DNA of 64,000 nucleotides, taken from Minisyncoccota bacterium (GTDB lineage Bacteria > Patescibacteriota > Minisyncoccia > Phycocordibacterales > Phycocordibacteraceae). Positions 55,740 to 64,000 of the stretch are shown piece by piece (the stretch's first letter is position 1; each line of letters begins with the position of its first letter). The translations under genes and the position numbers were made by a program. Location of the stretch: assembly GCA_028695415.1 (NCBI GenBank), contig JAQVIY010000003.1:47132-111131 (forward strand), read 5' to 3'. Under the pieces are notes generated by a model. It did no database searches and was not told where the DNA came from. It saw only the letters and a program-made list of their open reading frames with translations.

Positions 55740-57541
55740 ACCCGGAACATATTCGCAATTTCTCTATCGTCGCCCACGTAGATCACGGGAAGTCTACTCT
55801 GGCTGATCGTTTGCTCGAGCGCACGGGGACCATTCCCGAGCGTATGATGCGCGACCAAGTGCTCGACCGCATGGACCTTGAGCGCGAGCGGGGCATAACA
55901 ATCAAAATGCAGCCCGTACGCATGAACTACACGCTGGGCAGCGTGAACTATGTGTTGAACCTGATAGATACCCCCGGGCATATAGATTTCTCGTACGAAG
56001 TTTCGCGCGCGCTTCATGCGGTCGAGGGCGTATTGCTTCTCGTCGATTCGACACAGGGTATACAGGCACAGACACTGACCACTCTCGCGATGGCCGAGGC
56101 GCAAGGCTGTACTATTATCCCCGTCTTGTCAAAAATAGATTCGCCCGCGGCGCGTGTCGAAGAGGTGAAGGATGAACTTGCAGAGCTCCTGCATGTCTCA
56201 CCTGAAGAAGTGCTCGCGGTGTCGGGGAAGAGCGGGGCAGGAGTTGCAGAGCTTCTCGAGGCGATAGTGAAGAACGTTCCGCCTCCCAAAAGCGCTTCGA
56301 CAACCTCAGAACCGCGAGGTCTTATCTTCGATTTCTCTTACTCAAAACACCGCGGTGTTGTCGTGTATCTGCGCGTCTTTGACGGCACCTTCAAGAAAGG
56401 GCAGTCGCTCGGCTTTGCCGCTGCCGGCAAGGAGTTCATAGCGCTTGAGGTGGGCGTTTTTGCCCCTGAGGAGCGTCCCGCAGACTCTCTGTCTGCCGGA
56501 GAGATAGGCTATATCGTTACGGGTATCAAAGAGGCAGGCGTGGTGGCGGTAGGCGACACTATCGGCATGGCGCACGGCTCGCTGCCCGCGCTCGCGGGCT
56601 ATGAGCGAGTACGGCCGGTCGTGTGGGCATCGGTGTATCCAGAGAGTCAGGATGATCTGCCAATACTGCGCCAATCGCTTGAGCGTCTGCGGCTCTCTGA
56701 CTCCTCGCTTTCGTTTGAAGAGGAGTCCTCCGGCGTGCTCGGTCGAGGGTTCCGCTGCGGCTTCCTTGGGCTTCTCCATCTCGAGATCATCACCGAGCGG
56801 CTGAAGCGCGAGTTCGGGCTCTCGCTTATCGTCACCATTCCCACTATCTCCTATGTGGTGACGAAGACGAACGGTATACGCGAGACTATTTACACACCCG
56901 CGAAGTTTCCCGAGCACGGTGACATTGTGAAGATAGAAGAACCGTGGGCGAAGGTCATCATTATTACACCGCCCGACTCGGTGAGCGTACTGATACAGAT
57001 GCTGTATGATCATGAGGCGAACACGCTTGGTACCGAGACGTATCACGACGGGCGCATCGAGATGACGGTCGAGATGCCGCTTCGCGAGCTCATGCGCGGT
57101 TTCTTCGATAAGCTAAAGAGTGTCTCGTCGGGCTATGCGTCGCTCTCGTATGAGATATTGCCCGAGCGTGAAGCGGACGTGGTACGGCTTGATGTGCTTG
57201 TCGCCGAGGAGTCAGTGCCGGCGTTCGCGCGCGTGGTCGCTAGGCGGAGGGTGCAGGAAGAGGCAGAGAAAATGGTAGAGAAGCTTCACAGTCTCCTTCC
57301 GAAGCAGCTCTTCGTCACCAAGATACAGGCGAAGTCGGGCGGGCGCATTATCGCTTCGAAATCGCTCTCGGCGATGCGCAAGGATGTCACTGGGTATCTG
57401 TACGGCGGCGACGTTTCGCGCAAGATGAAATTGCTTCAGAAACAGAAACGAGGGAAGAAGAAGATGCTCGAACGCGGTACGGGCAAGGTAAATATCCCCG
57501 AAGAGGTCTTCATGAAAATGGTGCAGTCTTCGGCAGAATAG
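55736..57541 (+). CDS. lepA: elongation factor 4 (LepA)
   Basis: IRNFSIVAHVDHGKSTL, DTPGHIDF, SKID G-motifs. 601 aa. The LepA-specific C-terminal domain is present. Start overlaps the murJ stop (ATGA). Confidence 0.95.
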   Translation: MNPEHIRNFSIVAHVDHGKSTLADRLLERTGTIPERMMRDQVLDRMDLERERGITIKMQPVRMNYTLGSVNYVLNLIDTPGHIDFSYEVSRALHAVEGVLLLVDSTQGIQAQTLTTLAMAEAQGCTIIPVLSKIDSPAARVEEVKDELAELLHVSPEEVLAVSGKSGAGVAELLEAIVKNVPPPKSASTTSEPRGLIFDFSYSKHRGVVVYLRVFDGTFKKGQSLGFAAAGKEFIALEVGVFAPEERPADSLSAGEIGYIVTGIKEAGVVAVGDTIGMAHGSLPALAGYERVRPVVWASVYPESQDDLPILRQSLERLRLSDSSLSFEEESSGVLGRGFRCGFLGLLHLEIITERLKREFGLSLIVTIPTISYVVTKTNGIRETIYTPAKFPEHGDIVKIEEPWAKVIIITPPDSVSVLIQMLYDHEANTLGTETYHDGRIEMTVEMPLRELMRGFFDKLKSVSSGYASLSYEILPEREADVVRLDVLVAEESVPAFARVVARRRVQEEAEKMVEKLHSLLPKQLFVTKIQAKSGGRIIASKSLSAMRKDVTGYLYGGDVSRKMKLLQKQKRGKKKMLERGTGKVNIPEEVFMKMVQSSAE

Positions 57542-57551
57542 TAAATCAAGG

Positions 57552-57920
57552 TTGAATCCTGGTGTACGGTATACTTTGGGTATGCGCGCGAAACAGTGGC
57601 GAGAAGGTTTTCTTATCGGCATCTTGGTGCTTGTCGCCGCATGGTTTATTTCTCTCATTTGGGGGCTCGCAGGGAAGGCACAGATAGCGGTGACGCAAGC
57701 GAACGATGCGAAGAGACAGTATCAGGCGCTCGAGGAGCGTAAGGCGACGCTTCAAGCGAATGTCGCCGCACTCGATACCAGTCGTGGGCGAGATGCCGCT
57801 ATTCGCACCGCATTCGGAGTTGCACGTCCTGGAGAAGAGGTTATTGTAGTGGTGCCGCCTATCCCGGCGACCTCGACGCCGCCGCTCTCGTGGTGGCAAG
57901 TGATTCTGAGCTGGTTCTGA
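57552..57920 (+). CDS. septum formation initiator-like (FtsB/DivIC family) small bitopic protein
   Basis: A single TM segment, then a coiled coil, then ...GEEVIVV. Confidence 0.45.
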   Translation: MNPGVRYTLGMRAKQWREGFLIGILVLVAAWFISLIWGLAGKAQIAVTQANDAKRQYQALEERKATLQANVAALDTSRGRDAAIRTAFGVARPGEEVIVVVPPIPATSTPPLSWWQVILSWF

Positions 57921-57926
57921 ACGTAT

Positions 57927-57997
57927 GCGGGTATGGTTTAGTGGCAGAACATTTGCTTCCCAAGCAAAGGACCCGGGTTCGATTCCCGGTACCCGCA
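57927..57997 (+). tRNA. tRNA-Gly (anticodon CCC)
   Basis: Acceptor GCGGGTA/TACCCGC, anticodon stem-loop TTTGC-TTCCCAA-GCAAA, T-arm CCGGG-TTCGATT-CCCGG. Confidence 0.8.
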
Positions 57998-58022
57998 CTG
58001 ATTCGTTCGTATAAAAAGAATC

Positions 58023-58045
58023 GAGCCCGACGTAGTGTCGGGCTC
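58023..58045. terminator. hairpin between tRNA-Gly and a convergent minus-strand ORF
   Basis: GAGCCCGAC-gtagt-GTCGGGCTC. Confidence 0.5.
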
Positions 58046-58051
58046 GGGAAG

Positions 58052-58360
58052 TCATGACCGCAATGCTGGCAGTCCTGATTGCATTCGCACTTCGTTGACA
58101 AGACGCATCAAGAAGCGATGAGCTCCCTGTCGCCGTCTTGTCGGCTCGAGTGCGCGTTTGAGGTCGTGTTTTGAGATCTGGCGAGCCGGTTCGCTAGGGG
58201 GAGTTGCGAGCCACAGCACGCCGTGAGTCTTCCGTTTTGCGTACTCATGGAAGCTCTGCGGGGCAGGGCGTACGCCGCAGATATAGTCGACGGCAGCCCC
58301 GATCATCTCTTCAGCTCGCATCCTTCTTTCGAGCCAGGACAAGGCAGTGGTGTCCAACAT
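58052..58360 (-). CDS. hypothetical protein
   Basis: GGAGATA RBS then ATG (MLDTTALSWLERR). About 102 aa. Confidence 0.3.
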   Translation of the reverse strand: MLDTTALSWLERRMRAEEMIGAAVDYICGVRPAPQSFHEYAKRKTHGVLWLATPPSEPARQISKHDLKRALEPTRRRQGAHRFLMRLVNEVRMQSGLPALRS

Positions 58361-58537
58361 CGGTATCTCCTTATGGTTTCGTGTGGGTGGAGTCGCGCGT
58401 CTGCATCCGTGAAGCAAAGAGCTAAGCGCTAGGAGCATGGTAACACATTATCGTAATATACGCAAGTAGCCCAGGGAGCGCGAGAAGTGGTGTGGATAAC
58501 TGGGGATGATATACTAGTCCTATAACCCTCACAAAAC

Positions 58538-58774
58538 ATGGATAAAACAGTCACCATTTACAGCACGCCGACGTGTCATTTCTGCCAAATGACAAAGGAG
58601 TTCTTGAAAGAAAAGAATATCGCGTATACCGAGCACAATGTCGCTACCGACCTCGAGAAGCGCCAGGAGATGATACAGAGGTCGGGTCAGATGGGCGTAC
58701 CGGTCATTTTTGTCGGCGACGAGATGATTATCGGTTTCGATCAGGAGAGGCTCGCCTCGATTCTTGGCGTCTGA
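58538..58774 (+). CDS. glutaredoxin/NrdH-like thioredoxin-fold protein
   Basis: 78 aa. CHFC redox motif near the N-terminus. GVPVIFVGDEMIIGFD matches the glutaredoxin fold. Confidence 0.7.
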   Translation: MDKTVTIYSTPTCHFCQMTKEFLKEKNIAYTEHNVATDLEKRQEMIQRSGQMGVPVIFVGDEMIIGFDQERLASILGV

Positions 58775-58784
58775 TAGCGTACAA

Positions 58785-58820
58785 AACGCGCGCCGCTCTG
58801 CGGCGCGCGTTTTGTGTTAT
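58785..58820 (+). terminator. rho-independent terminator
   Basis: AAAACGCGCGCCGC-TCT-GCGGCGCGCGTTTT perfect palindrome followed by GTGTT. Confidence 0.65.
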
Positions 58821-58832
58821 CGTTCCCCTAAC

Positions 58833-58904
58833 GCCCTCTTAGTTCAATGGATAGAACGGCTCACTCCTAACGAGCTGATCCAAGTTCGATTCTTGGAGAG
58901 GGCA
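58833..58904 (+). tRNA. tRNA-Arg (anticodon CCU)
   Basis: Acceptor GCCCTCT/AGAGGGC, D-arm GTTC-AATGGATA-GAAC, anticodon loop CTCCTAA, T-arm CCAAG-TTCGATT-CTTGG. A-C mismatch at the anticodon stem base. Confidence 0.7.
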
Positions 58905-58926
58905 CCTGATGCTAGAATAGGGACAT

Positions 58927-59205
58927 ATGGATCCAGAAATAAAACGCCAACTGGAAGAGATACACGCGCTCGTGAAAGATAATCATGATATGCTTCGCGC
59001 GCTTCGGCGTCACCAGTGGTGGAGCTTTATCATGACCGTCATGTTCTGGATCATCGTTACGGTCGCTCCGTTCTACCTCTATCAGCAATACGTCCAGCCG
59101 CTTGTCGAGAAATTGTCCGCTCCCGAAGCCGCCACAAACGGTTTCCAGCTCCCGACTTCCGTTGATGTGCAAAAGCTGATAAACTCGCTCAAGGGAGGGC
59201 AGTAA
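58927..59205 (+). CDS. hypothetical small membrane protein
   Basis: 92 aa. One central TM helix WWSFIMTVMFWIIVTVAPFYLY. Confidence 0.35.
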   Translation: MDPEIKRQLEEIHALVKDNHDMLRALRRHQWWSFIMTVMFWIIVTVAPFYLYQQYVQPLVEKLSAPEAATNGFQLPTSVDVQKLINSLKGGQ

Positions 59206-59217
59206 GCCCCGTAGAAC

Positions 59218-59290
59218 GCTTGGATAGCTCAGTTGGTAGAGCACTTCCCTGAAGAGGAAGGGGTCCCCGGTTCGAGCCCGGGTCCAAGCA
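59218..59290 (+). tRNA. tRNA-Phe (anticodon GAA)
   Basis: Acceptor GCTTGGA/TCCAAGC, D-arm GCTC-AGTTGGTA-GAGC, anticodon stem-loop CTTCC-CTGAAGA-GGAAG, T-arm CCCGG-TTCGAGC-CCGGG. Confidence 0.85.
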
Positions 59291-59418
59291 CTACTTCGCT
59301 CCATTAGGAAATGGAGCTACGAAGTGCACAGCACATGCATAACTATGTTAACCGCTCGATATAAACAGTCGGCGAAGGAGCCCTTCGTAGCTTTAGCGAA
59401 GTAGGGCATAATTTTCGT

Positions 59419-59655
59419 ATGTATTATGTATATCTGTTGCAAGATGCCGTCGGCAAATCGTATGTCGGTTATTCGCACGACTTGAAACGGCGATTAAACG
59501 AACACGAGCGAGGGATGGTTGATACTACAAGTGTATATAAGAAATCTAAATTGATTTGGTACTGTGCATTTGCAAGCAAAAAGAAAGCTTTAGATTTTGA
59601 GAAGTATCTAAAGGCAGGTTCAGGATGCGCCTTCGCGAAGAGACATTTTGTCTGA
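59419..59655 (+). CDS. GIY-YIG nuclease family protein (small UPF0213/YhbQ-like); second copy in window
   Basis: MYYVYLLQDAVGKSYVGYSHDLKRRLNEHE GIY-YIG core. 78 aa. Confidence 0.65.
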   Translation: MYYVYLLQDAVGKSYVGYSHDLKRRLNEHERGMVDTTSVYKKSKLIWYCAFASKKKALDFEKYLKAGSGCAFAKRHFV

Positions 59656-59674
59656 TCAGATATACTGTACATAC

Positions 59675-60760
59675 ATGAAGCGAATGATGTTTGCATGGGC
59701 GCAGAAATATGAACGGCACCTTTCGGCGCTCGCGATGGTTGCCGGATTTGTCGCTGACAATCTTCTTTTCTCGCGCGTTGACCTGGCACAGACACAGCTT
59801 GTGTTTGCCGCCTATGCAATCGCCTGTTTCGTCTCCATTCCGCTTCTAGAGTGGCTTGAGTCCCGTGCAGGGCGCGGTAAATCGCTTCCGCGCTGGCGTT
59901 TCCTGCTTCCTCTCATCACGCAGTTCGCCCTCGGCGGGTTCTGGAGCGGCTTTGTTATCTTCTACGGCCGATCGGCTGATCTCGGCGCGTCGTGGCCCTT
60001 CCTTCTGGTGCTTCTCCTCGTATTTTTCGGGAGCGAATACTTCCATCGATACCATGAGCGACTCGTTTTCACGAGCATCCTGTTCTTCTTCGCGCTCTAT
60101 TCATATGCGATATTCGCCGTGCCTATCTACACGGGCACCATCGGGGCGTTTACCTTTCTCGAGAGCGGGGCAGTCGCGGTCATAGTGTTCGCTTTTTTCA
60201 CCGCCTTGCTTCGCGTGCTCGCGCGCGAACGATTCCTCACTGAGGTGTGGCGCATCCGGGCAGGTGCGTTCGCGGTGCTTGTTCTTATGAACGTATCGTA
60301 TTTCACCAATATCTTGCCGCCCTTGCCGCTCTCGGCAGAGTCGGCAGGCATGTATCACTCGATTTCGCACGTCTCGGGAGAATATCGAGCAACGAGCGAG
60401 TCGAAGTCGTGGCAGGTGCGCTATCTCGGGCTTGCCCCGACCCTGCATATCGTTCTTGGCGATACGCTCTTTGCCTATAGTTCGGTATTCGCTCCAACGA
60501 CGCTTGCAACAACCATCATTCATCGTTGGCAGTGGTATGACGATATGCAAAAACAATGGGTGACGAAATCGTCCATCGCCTATTCGATAACCGGCGGGCG
60601 CGATGGCGGATACCGCGGCTATTCTTCGCTCCCGATATTGAATGCGGGGCAGTGGCGGGTGAGTGTAGAGACGCTCGACGGGCGCCATATCGCAGTATTG
60701 CCGTTCACGGTTGTTGAGGTGCCGACAGAGCCGGCTTTGACGGAAGAAACGCTCAATTAG
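59675..60760 (+). CDS. hypothetical polytopic membrane protein with C-terminal soluble domain
   Basis: About 360 aa. 6-8 TM helices followed by a beta-rich C-terminal domain. Confidence 0.45.
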   Translation: MKRMMFAWAQKYERHLSALAMVAGFVADNLLFSRVDLAQTQLVFAAYAIACFVSIPLLEWLESRAGRGKSLPRWRFLLPLITQFALGGFWSGFVIFYGRSADLGASWPFLLVLLLVFFGSEYFHRYHERLVFTSILFFFALYSYAIFAVPIYTGTIGAFTFLESGAVAVIVFAFFTALLRVLARERFLTEVWRIRAGAFAVLVLMNVSYFTNILPPLPLSAESAGMYHSISHVSGEYRATSESKSWQVRYLGLAPTLHIVLGDTLFAYSSVFAPTTLATTIIHRWQWYDDMQKQWVTKSSIAYSITGGRDGGYRGYSSLPILNAGQWRVSVETLDGRHIAVLPFTVVEVPTEPALTEETLN

Positions 60761-61272
60761 CCCACCTTCACTTTCAGCTTCGTCTGTTTCGCCTTGTCGA
60801 GCTTCGGGAGGATTATGGTCAGAAGACCGTCTTTGGCGCTTGCGGAGGAGGATTCAACATCAACTTCTTCAGGCAACATAATGACGCGTGAGAACGAACC
60901 CCAGAAGAGTTCGCGAGTGAAATAGTCAGTGCCAGAGGATTGCTCACGCTCCATACGGGAACCCTCTATCTCGACGCGGTCACGACTTATGGAAATATTG
61001 AGTTCATCGGGGCGTACGCCGGCGACGAACGTACGAATGATGATGTCGTTTGCCGTCTGGCGCACATCAACGGGGAGTTGGCCTTCGTCTCCGGAGGAGA
61101 AATCATCATCGAGCGGCATCGGGTGGGTGCTGGCTGAGCCTCCGTGCTTTGGGGACTCTTTGTGAAGCGCGGTCGGGGCGACCGCTATCTCGTCATCAAA
61201 CGAATCGAAATCGGCATCAATTGCCGCGGAACTGCCGGAGAGACGATCAAAGAACGAGCGCTTCATAGTCAT
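60757..61272 (-). CDS. Hsp20/alpha-crystallin family small heat-shock protein
   Basis: Alpha-crystallin domain with the GLLTIILPK C-terminal motif. 171 aa. Confidence 0.85.
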   Translation of the reverse strand: MTMKRSFFDRLSGSSAAIDADFDSFDDEIAVAPTALHKESPKHGGSASTHPMPLDDDFSSGDEGQLPVDVRQTANDIIIRTFVAGVRPDELNISISRDRVEIEGSRMEREQSSGTDYFTRELFWGSFSRVIMLPEEVDVESSSASAKDGLLTIILPKLDKAKQTKLKVKVG

Positions 61273-61982
61273 GGATTAGTAATTTTGTTAGGGAGAGTGC
61301 GGTACTGGAAATATTTTAGCACCTCGAATGCTGCGAAGAAGATAACGGCGGCCATCCATATGAGGAAGAACGCAGCGAGAGTCGTCGACGTGCCTGCATT
61401 GATAATAAGTGTGTTGAACGCAGTATGCAATGCTACCGCGAGGATAAGTCCGAGTGCAGCGGCGGACATGCGCCCGATTGGGTGGAGACGGACAGAGAAA
61501 GCGAGTGAGAACCCAATGGCGGCAGAGGCGACAACGTGGAGCAGGGTGGAACCGAGGAAGCGCAGATCGCTCGTAAAGAGCGAGCTCGCTATCTGCCCGT
61601 CGACGAGCGGTGCAAAGAGGAACAGCATATTCTCGGCGGCGGCGAAGCCGAGCGCGACCGTGAACAGGTAAATAACGTAGTCGGGCGCTTCGTCAACGGC
61701 ATTCCTCCAGAGAATGAGCGATGCCGCCGCGGTATATTTCAAGACCTCCTCGATAAGCGCCCACGACAGCAATATAGACATGCTGCTGCCCTCGAAGCGT
61801 GCTCGGGTGAATTGCTCGAACGGAAGCGCGATAGGTACGGCGAGCATGCCAACGATGAAGGCGAAGGTGATGAGACTTTTTGGTTCTGGGTGCTTCGCAT
61901 CTTCTTTGAGAAGGAAATACAGCCAGATAAGGGAGGGGAGGAGCCCGCCGAGGAATGCGAAGCCGAGTGTGGTGAGAGTCAC
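61269..61982 (-). CDS. prsW: PrsW-family intramembrane glutamic protease
   Basis: EExxK motif ALIEEVLKY, FxxxE motif FAAAENMLF, HxxxN motif ALHTAFN. 237 aa with 6-7 TM helices. Confidence 0.75.
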   Translation of the reverse strand: MTLTTLGFAFLGGLLPSLIWLYFLLKEDAKHPEPKSLITFAFIVGMLAVPIALPFEQFTRARFEGSSMSILLSWALIEEVLKYTAAASLILWRNAVDEAPDYVIYLFTVALGFAAAENMLFLFAPLVDGQIASSLFTSDLRFLGSTLLHVVASAAIGFSLAFSVRLHPIGRMSAAALGLILAVALHTAFNTLIINAGTSTTLAAFFLIWMAAVIFFAAFEVLKYFQYRTLPNKITNP

Positions 61983-62077
61983 TTTCGTAAGTATACCAGC
62001 CTTTGCTACAACTTCAGGACGGAAAAACGAAAAAAGAGAGCGCTCGGGCCGCTAAGCGTTACTTGCACGCTTTCATC

Positions 62078-62105
62078 TATGTCGCTCGGAAACACTGAAT
62101 TAATT
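62078..62105. terminator. perfect 14-bp palindrome hairpin downstream of valS
   Basis: GGAAACACTGAATT/AATTCAGTGTTTCC. Confidence 0.55.
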
Positions 62106-62166
62106 CAGTGTTTCCTCGCTTCTTGCTGTAGACAATTCAACTCTCTTTTTTCATTTTTTCCGCCCC

Positions 62167-64000
62167 TCAGCTGGGCCATTTCGCGACCATCAAGAACTTC
62201 GCGTCTTTCGTCGGCATAGACTGATAAATTTCTTCGGTAACGAATGGCATAAAAGGGTGGAGGAGGCGAAGCGTGCGATCGAGAAGCGTGAGAAGAAGCG
62301 TCCTGCGGGAATCTTTTGCGGCTTCGTCGCTTCCGGCGAGAATGGGCTTCGATTCTTCAAGTATCTTGTCTGCGAGCTCGTGCCACGCGTAGTGATATAT
62401 CTTTTCGGCTGCCATATAGACGCGGAACTCTTCGATATCGACCGTCACCTCTTTTGTAAGGAGATCAATTTGTTCGAGAATTTCGCGTTCCCGAGAAGAA
62501 AAATGGTCGCGCTCCGGGCCGCTAGGCCAAGTCTTACTACCATTTTTCTTCTCGGGAACGCTCTTTGCGTTCGTGTTTGCTTCAAGTATGAATCGCGCGA
62601 TGTTCCAGAGCTTGTTCGCAAAGTGCTTGTAGCCTTTTATCTTATCTTCGCTGATGCGCATATCGGTGCCCGGGGTATTGCCGACGATAAGCGCCATCCG
62701 CGCTGCGTCTGCGCCAAACTTCGCCGCGACATCAAGCGGGTCCATATTATTGCCGAGCGACTTGCTCATCTTACGACCCTGAGCATCGCGCACGAGTCCG
62801 TGGAGATAGACCGCTCTGAAGGGGATTGTGCCGAGCGTAAATTCGGTCATCAGTATCATCCGTGCGATCCAGAAGAAGAGGATGTCATAGCCGGTCTCGA
62901 GCAAGTCGGTTGGGTGATAGATTTTGAAATCATTCGTCTCCTCGGGCCAGCCGAGCGTTGAGAATGTCCAGAGACCGGAGGAGAACCACGTATCGAGCGT
63001 GTCCTCGTCTTGTACCCACCCGTCGCGCGCCCAGTCTCCCTCGGGTGCTTCGCCAACGACCGCTTCTTCGCCTCTGTACCAGACCGGAATACGATGTCCG
63101 TACCAGATCTGTCGGCTGATGCACCAATCGCGCAGATTCTCTATCCAGTGGACATAGGTTTTTTCGAAATGTTCGGGGAGTATAGTGATCTCGCCCGAGC
63201 GCACTGCTTCGAGCATAAGCTCCTTGAGCGTTTTACCGCGCCCGGGAACCTCTTTGTCTACCTCGACCCACCACTGAAGCTTCGGCAATGGCTCGACGAT
63301 GCCGCCCGTGCGCTCTGCGGTGGCGATATTCTGGGTGATGTCCTCTTCTTTTTCGAGCAGATTCTCGCTCTTCAGCCATTCGACGACTGTCTCGCGTGCC
63401 TCGGTGGTCTTCATGTCCCTCAGGCGGCCGTCTACCGTCATCTTCGCGTATTCGTTGATGATGATGGTCTCGTGCGAGAGCTCGTGCCGGTCGGCTATCT
63501 CCCAGTCGACCTTGCTATGCGCGGGCGTGAGCCCGACTGCGCCGGTACCAAACTCAGGGTCAACCTCCTTATCGGCAACAATCTTGATATGAATCGGGAC
63601 ATCGCAGAAGACAACGTCGTATTCCTTGCCGACGAATTCTTTATAGCGCACGTCGTCGGGGTGTACCGCGACGCCGACATCACCCACTTTGGTCTCAGGG
63701 CGCGTCGTCGCGATGGGGATAGGGAAGTCCTTTGCATAACGGAAGGTGTAGAGCTTAGCGGGGCGCTCCTCGTATACTATTTCGTCGTCTGAGATAGTGG
63801 TCTGACCCTTCGGGTCCCAATTCACGATGCGCAGTCCGCGGTAGATAAGACCAGCATCGCTCATTCGCTTGAACACTGTGCGCACGGCGCGGCTACGCGT
63901 CTCATCAAGTGTGAATGCCTCGCGCGACCAATCGAGCGATGCGCCCATCGTCTTCAACTGGCTGATGATGGTGTCGTGGCTCGCGACAGCGAACGCCTCG
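62167..64000 (-). CDS. valS: valyl-tRNA synthetase, C-terminal ~610 aa (5' part of gene lies beyond the window edge)
   Basis: KMSKS motif. Editing/anticodon-binding domain layout. The reading frame is open through the window end (…AFAVASHDTIISQLKTMGASLDWSRE). Confidence 0.9.
   Translation of the reverse strand, partial: EAFAVASHDTIISQLKTMGASLDWSREAFTLDETRSRAVRTVFKRMSDAGLIYRGLRIVNWDPKGQTTISDDEIVYEERPAKLYTFRYAKDFPIPIATTRPETKVGDVGVAVHPDDVRYKEFVGKEYDVVFCDVPIHIKIVADKEVDPEFGTGAVGLTPAHSKVDWEIADRHELSHETIIINEYAKMTVDGRLRDMKTTEARETVVEWLKSENLLEKEEDITQNIATAERTGGIVEPLPKLQWWVEVDKEVPGRGKTLKELMLEAVRSGEITILPEHFEKTYVHWIENLRDWCISRQIWYGHRIPVWYRGEEAVVGEAPEGDWARDGWVQDEDTLDTWFSSGLWTFSTLGWPEETNDFKIYHPTDLLETGYDILFFWIARMILMTEFTLGTIPFRAVYLHGLVRDAQGRKMSKSLGNNMDPLDVAAKFGADAARMALIVGNTPGTDMRISEDKIKGYKHFANKLWNIARFILEANTNAKSVPEKKNGSKTWPSGPERDHFSSREREILEQIDLLTKEVTVDIEEFRVYMAAEKIYHYAWHELADKILEESKPILAGSDEAAKDSRRTLLLTLLDRTLRLLHPFMPFVTEEIYQSMPTKDAKFLMVAKWPS

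Noticed and set aside
1-64000. CRISPR arrays, integrases, transposases
   Set aside because: No regularly spaced direct repeats and no recombinase-like ORFs were seen on either strand. The repeats found are the DGR VR/TR pair, a (GA)13 tract and irregular intergenic repeats.

Overview
The window is GC-rich and gene-dense with short intergenic spacers. It looks like a small-genome bacterium, possibly CPR/Patescibacteria-like, but that placement is inference only.

Housekeeping content includes ftsE/ftsX, pyrG, typA, cfa, smpB with an adjacent tmRNA, ftsH, recG, a class II ribonucleotide reductase, murJ, lepA and a partial valS. RNA genes I can support are six tRNAs (Gln-CUG, Ile-UAU, Ser-GGA, Gly-CCC, Arg-CCU, Phe-GAA), the tmRNA, and an RNase P RNA on the minus strand.

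The most interesting feature is a complete diversity-generating retroelement (DGR) at about 19.4-22.3 kb. It has a target gene whose 3' end carries a 114-bp variable repeat, a 114-bp template repeat 368 bp downstream, a divergently encoded Avd-like four-helix-bundle gene, and a DGR-type reverse transcriptase. The reverse transcriptase ORF contains a 27-nt (GA)13 microsatellite. Every one of the 16 VR/TR mismatches falls on a template adenine.

Other accessory content:
- An AT-rich islet immediately 3' of tRNA-Gln carries an AAA-ATPase + RloB-like pair (AbiL/RloAB-like abortive-infection module) and a degenerate tRNA-3'-end repeat.
- A beta-class DNA methyltransferase sits next to a small convergent candidate endonuclease.
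- A cluster of secreted proteins includes a 1000-aa lipase-motif surface protein.
- A roughly 5-kb accessory stretch follows tRNA-Ser (GH130, SAM-methyltransferase, beta-lactamase-fold hydrolase). Its intergenic spacers hold two copies of a structured repeat with tRNA-Ser-like termini and several short dispersed motifs.
- The last 13 codons of typA are duplicated out of frame downstream of the stop, with purely synonymous changes.

All calls come from reading the sequence and ORF translations. No searches were run.
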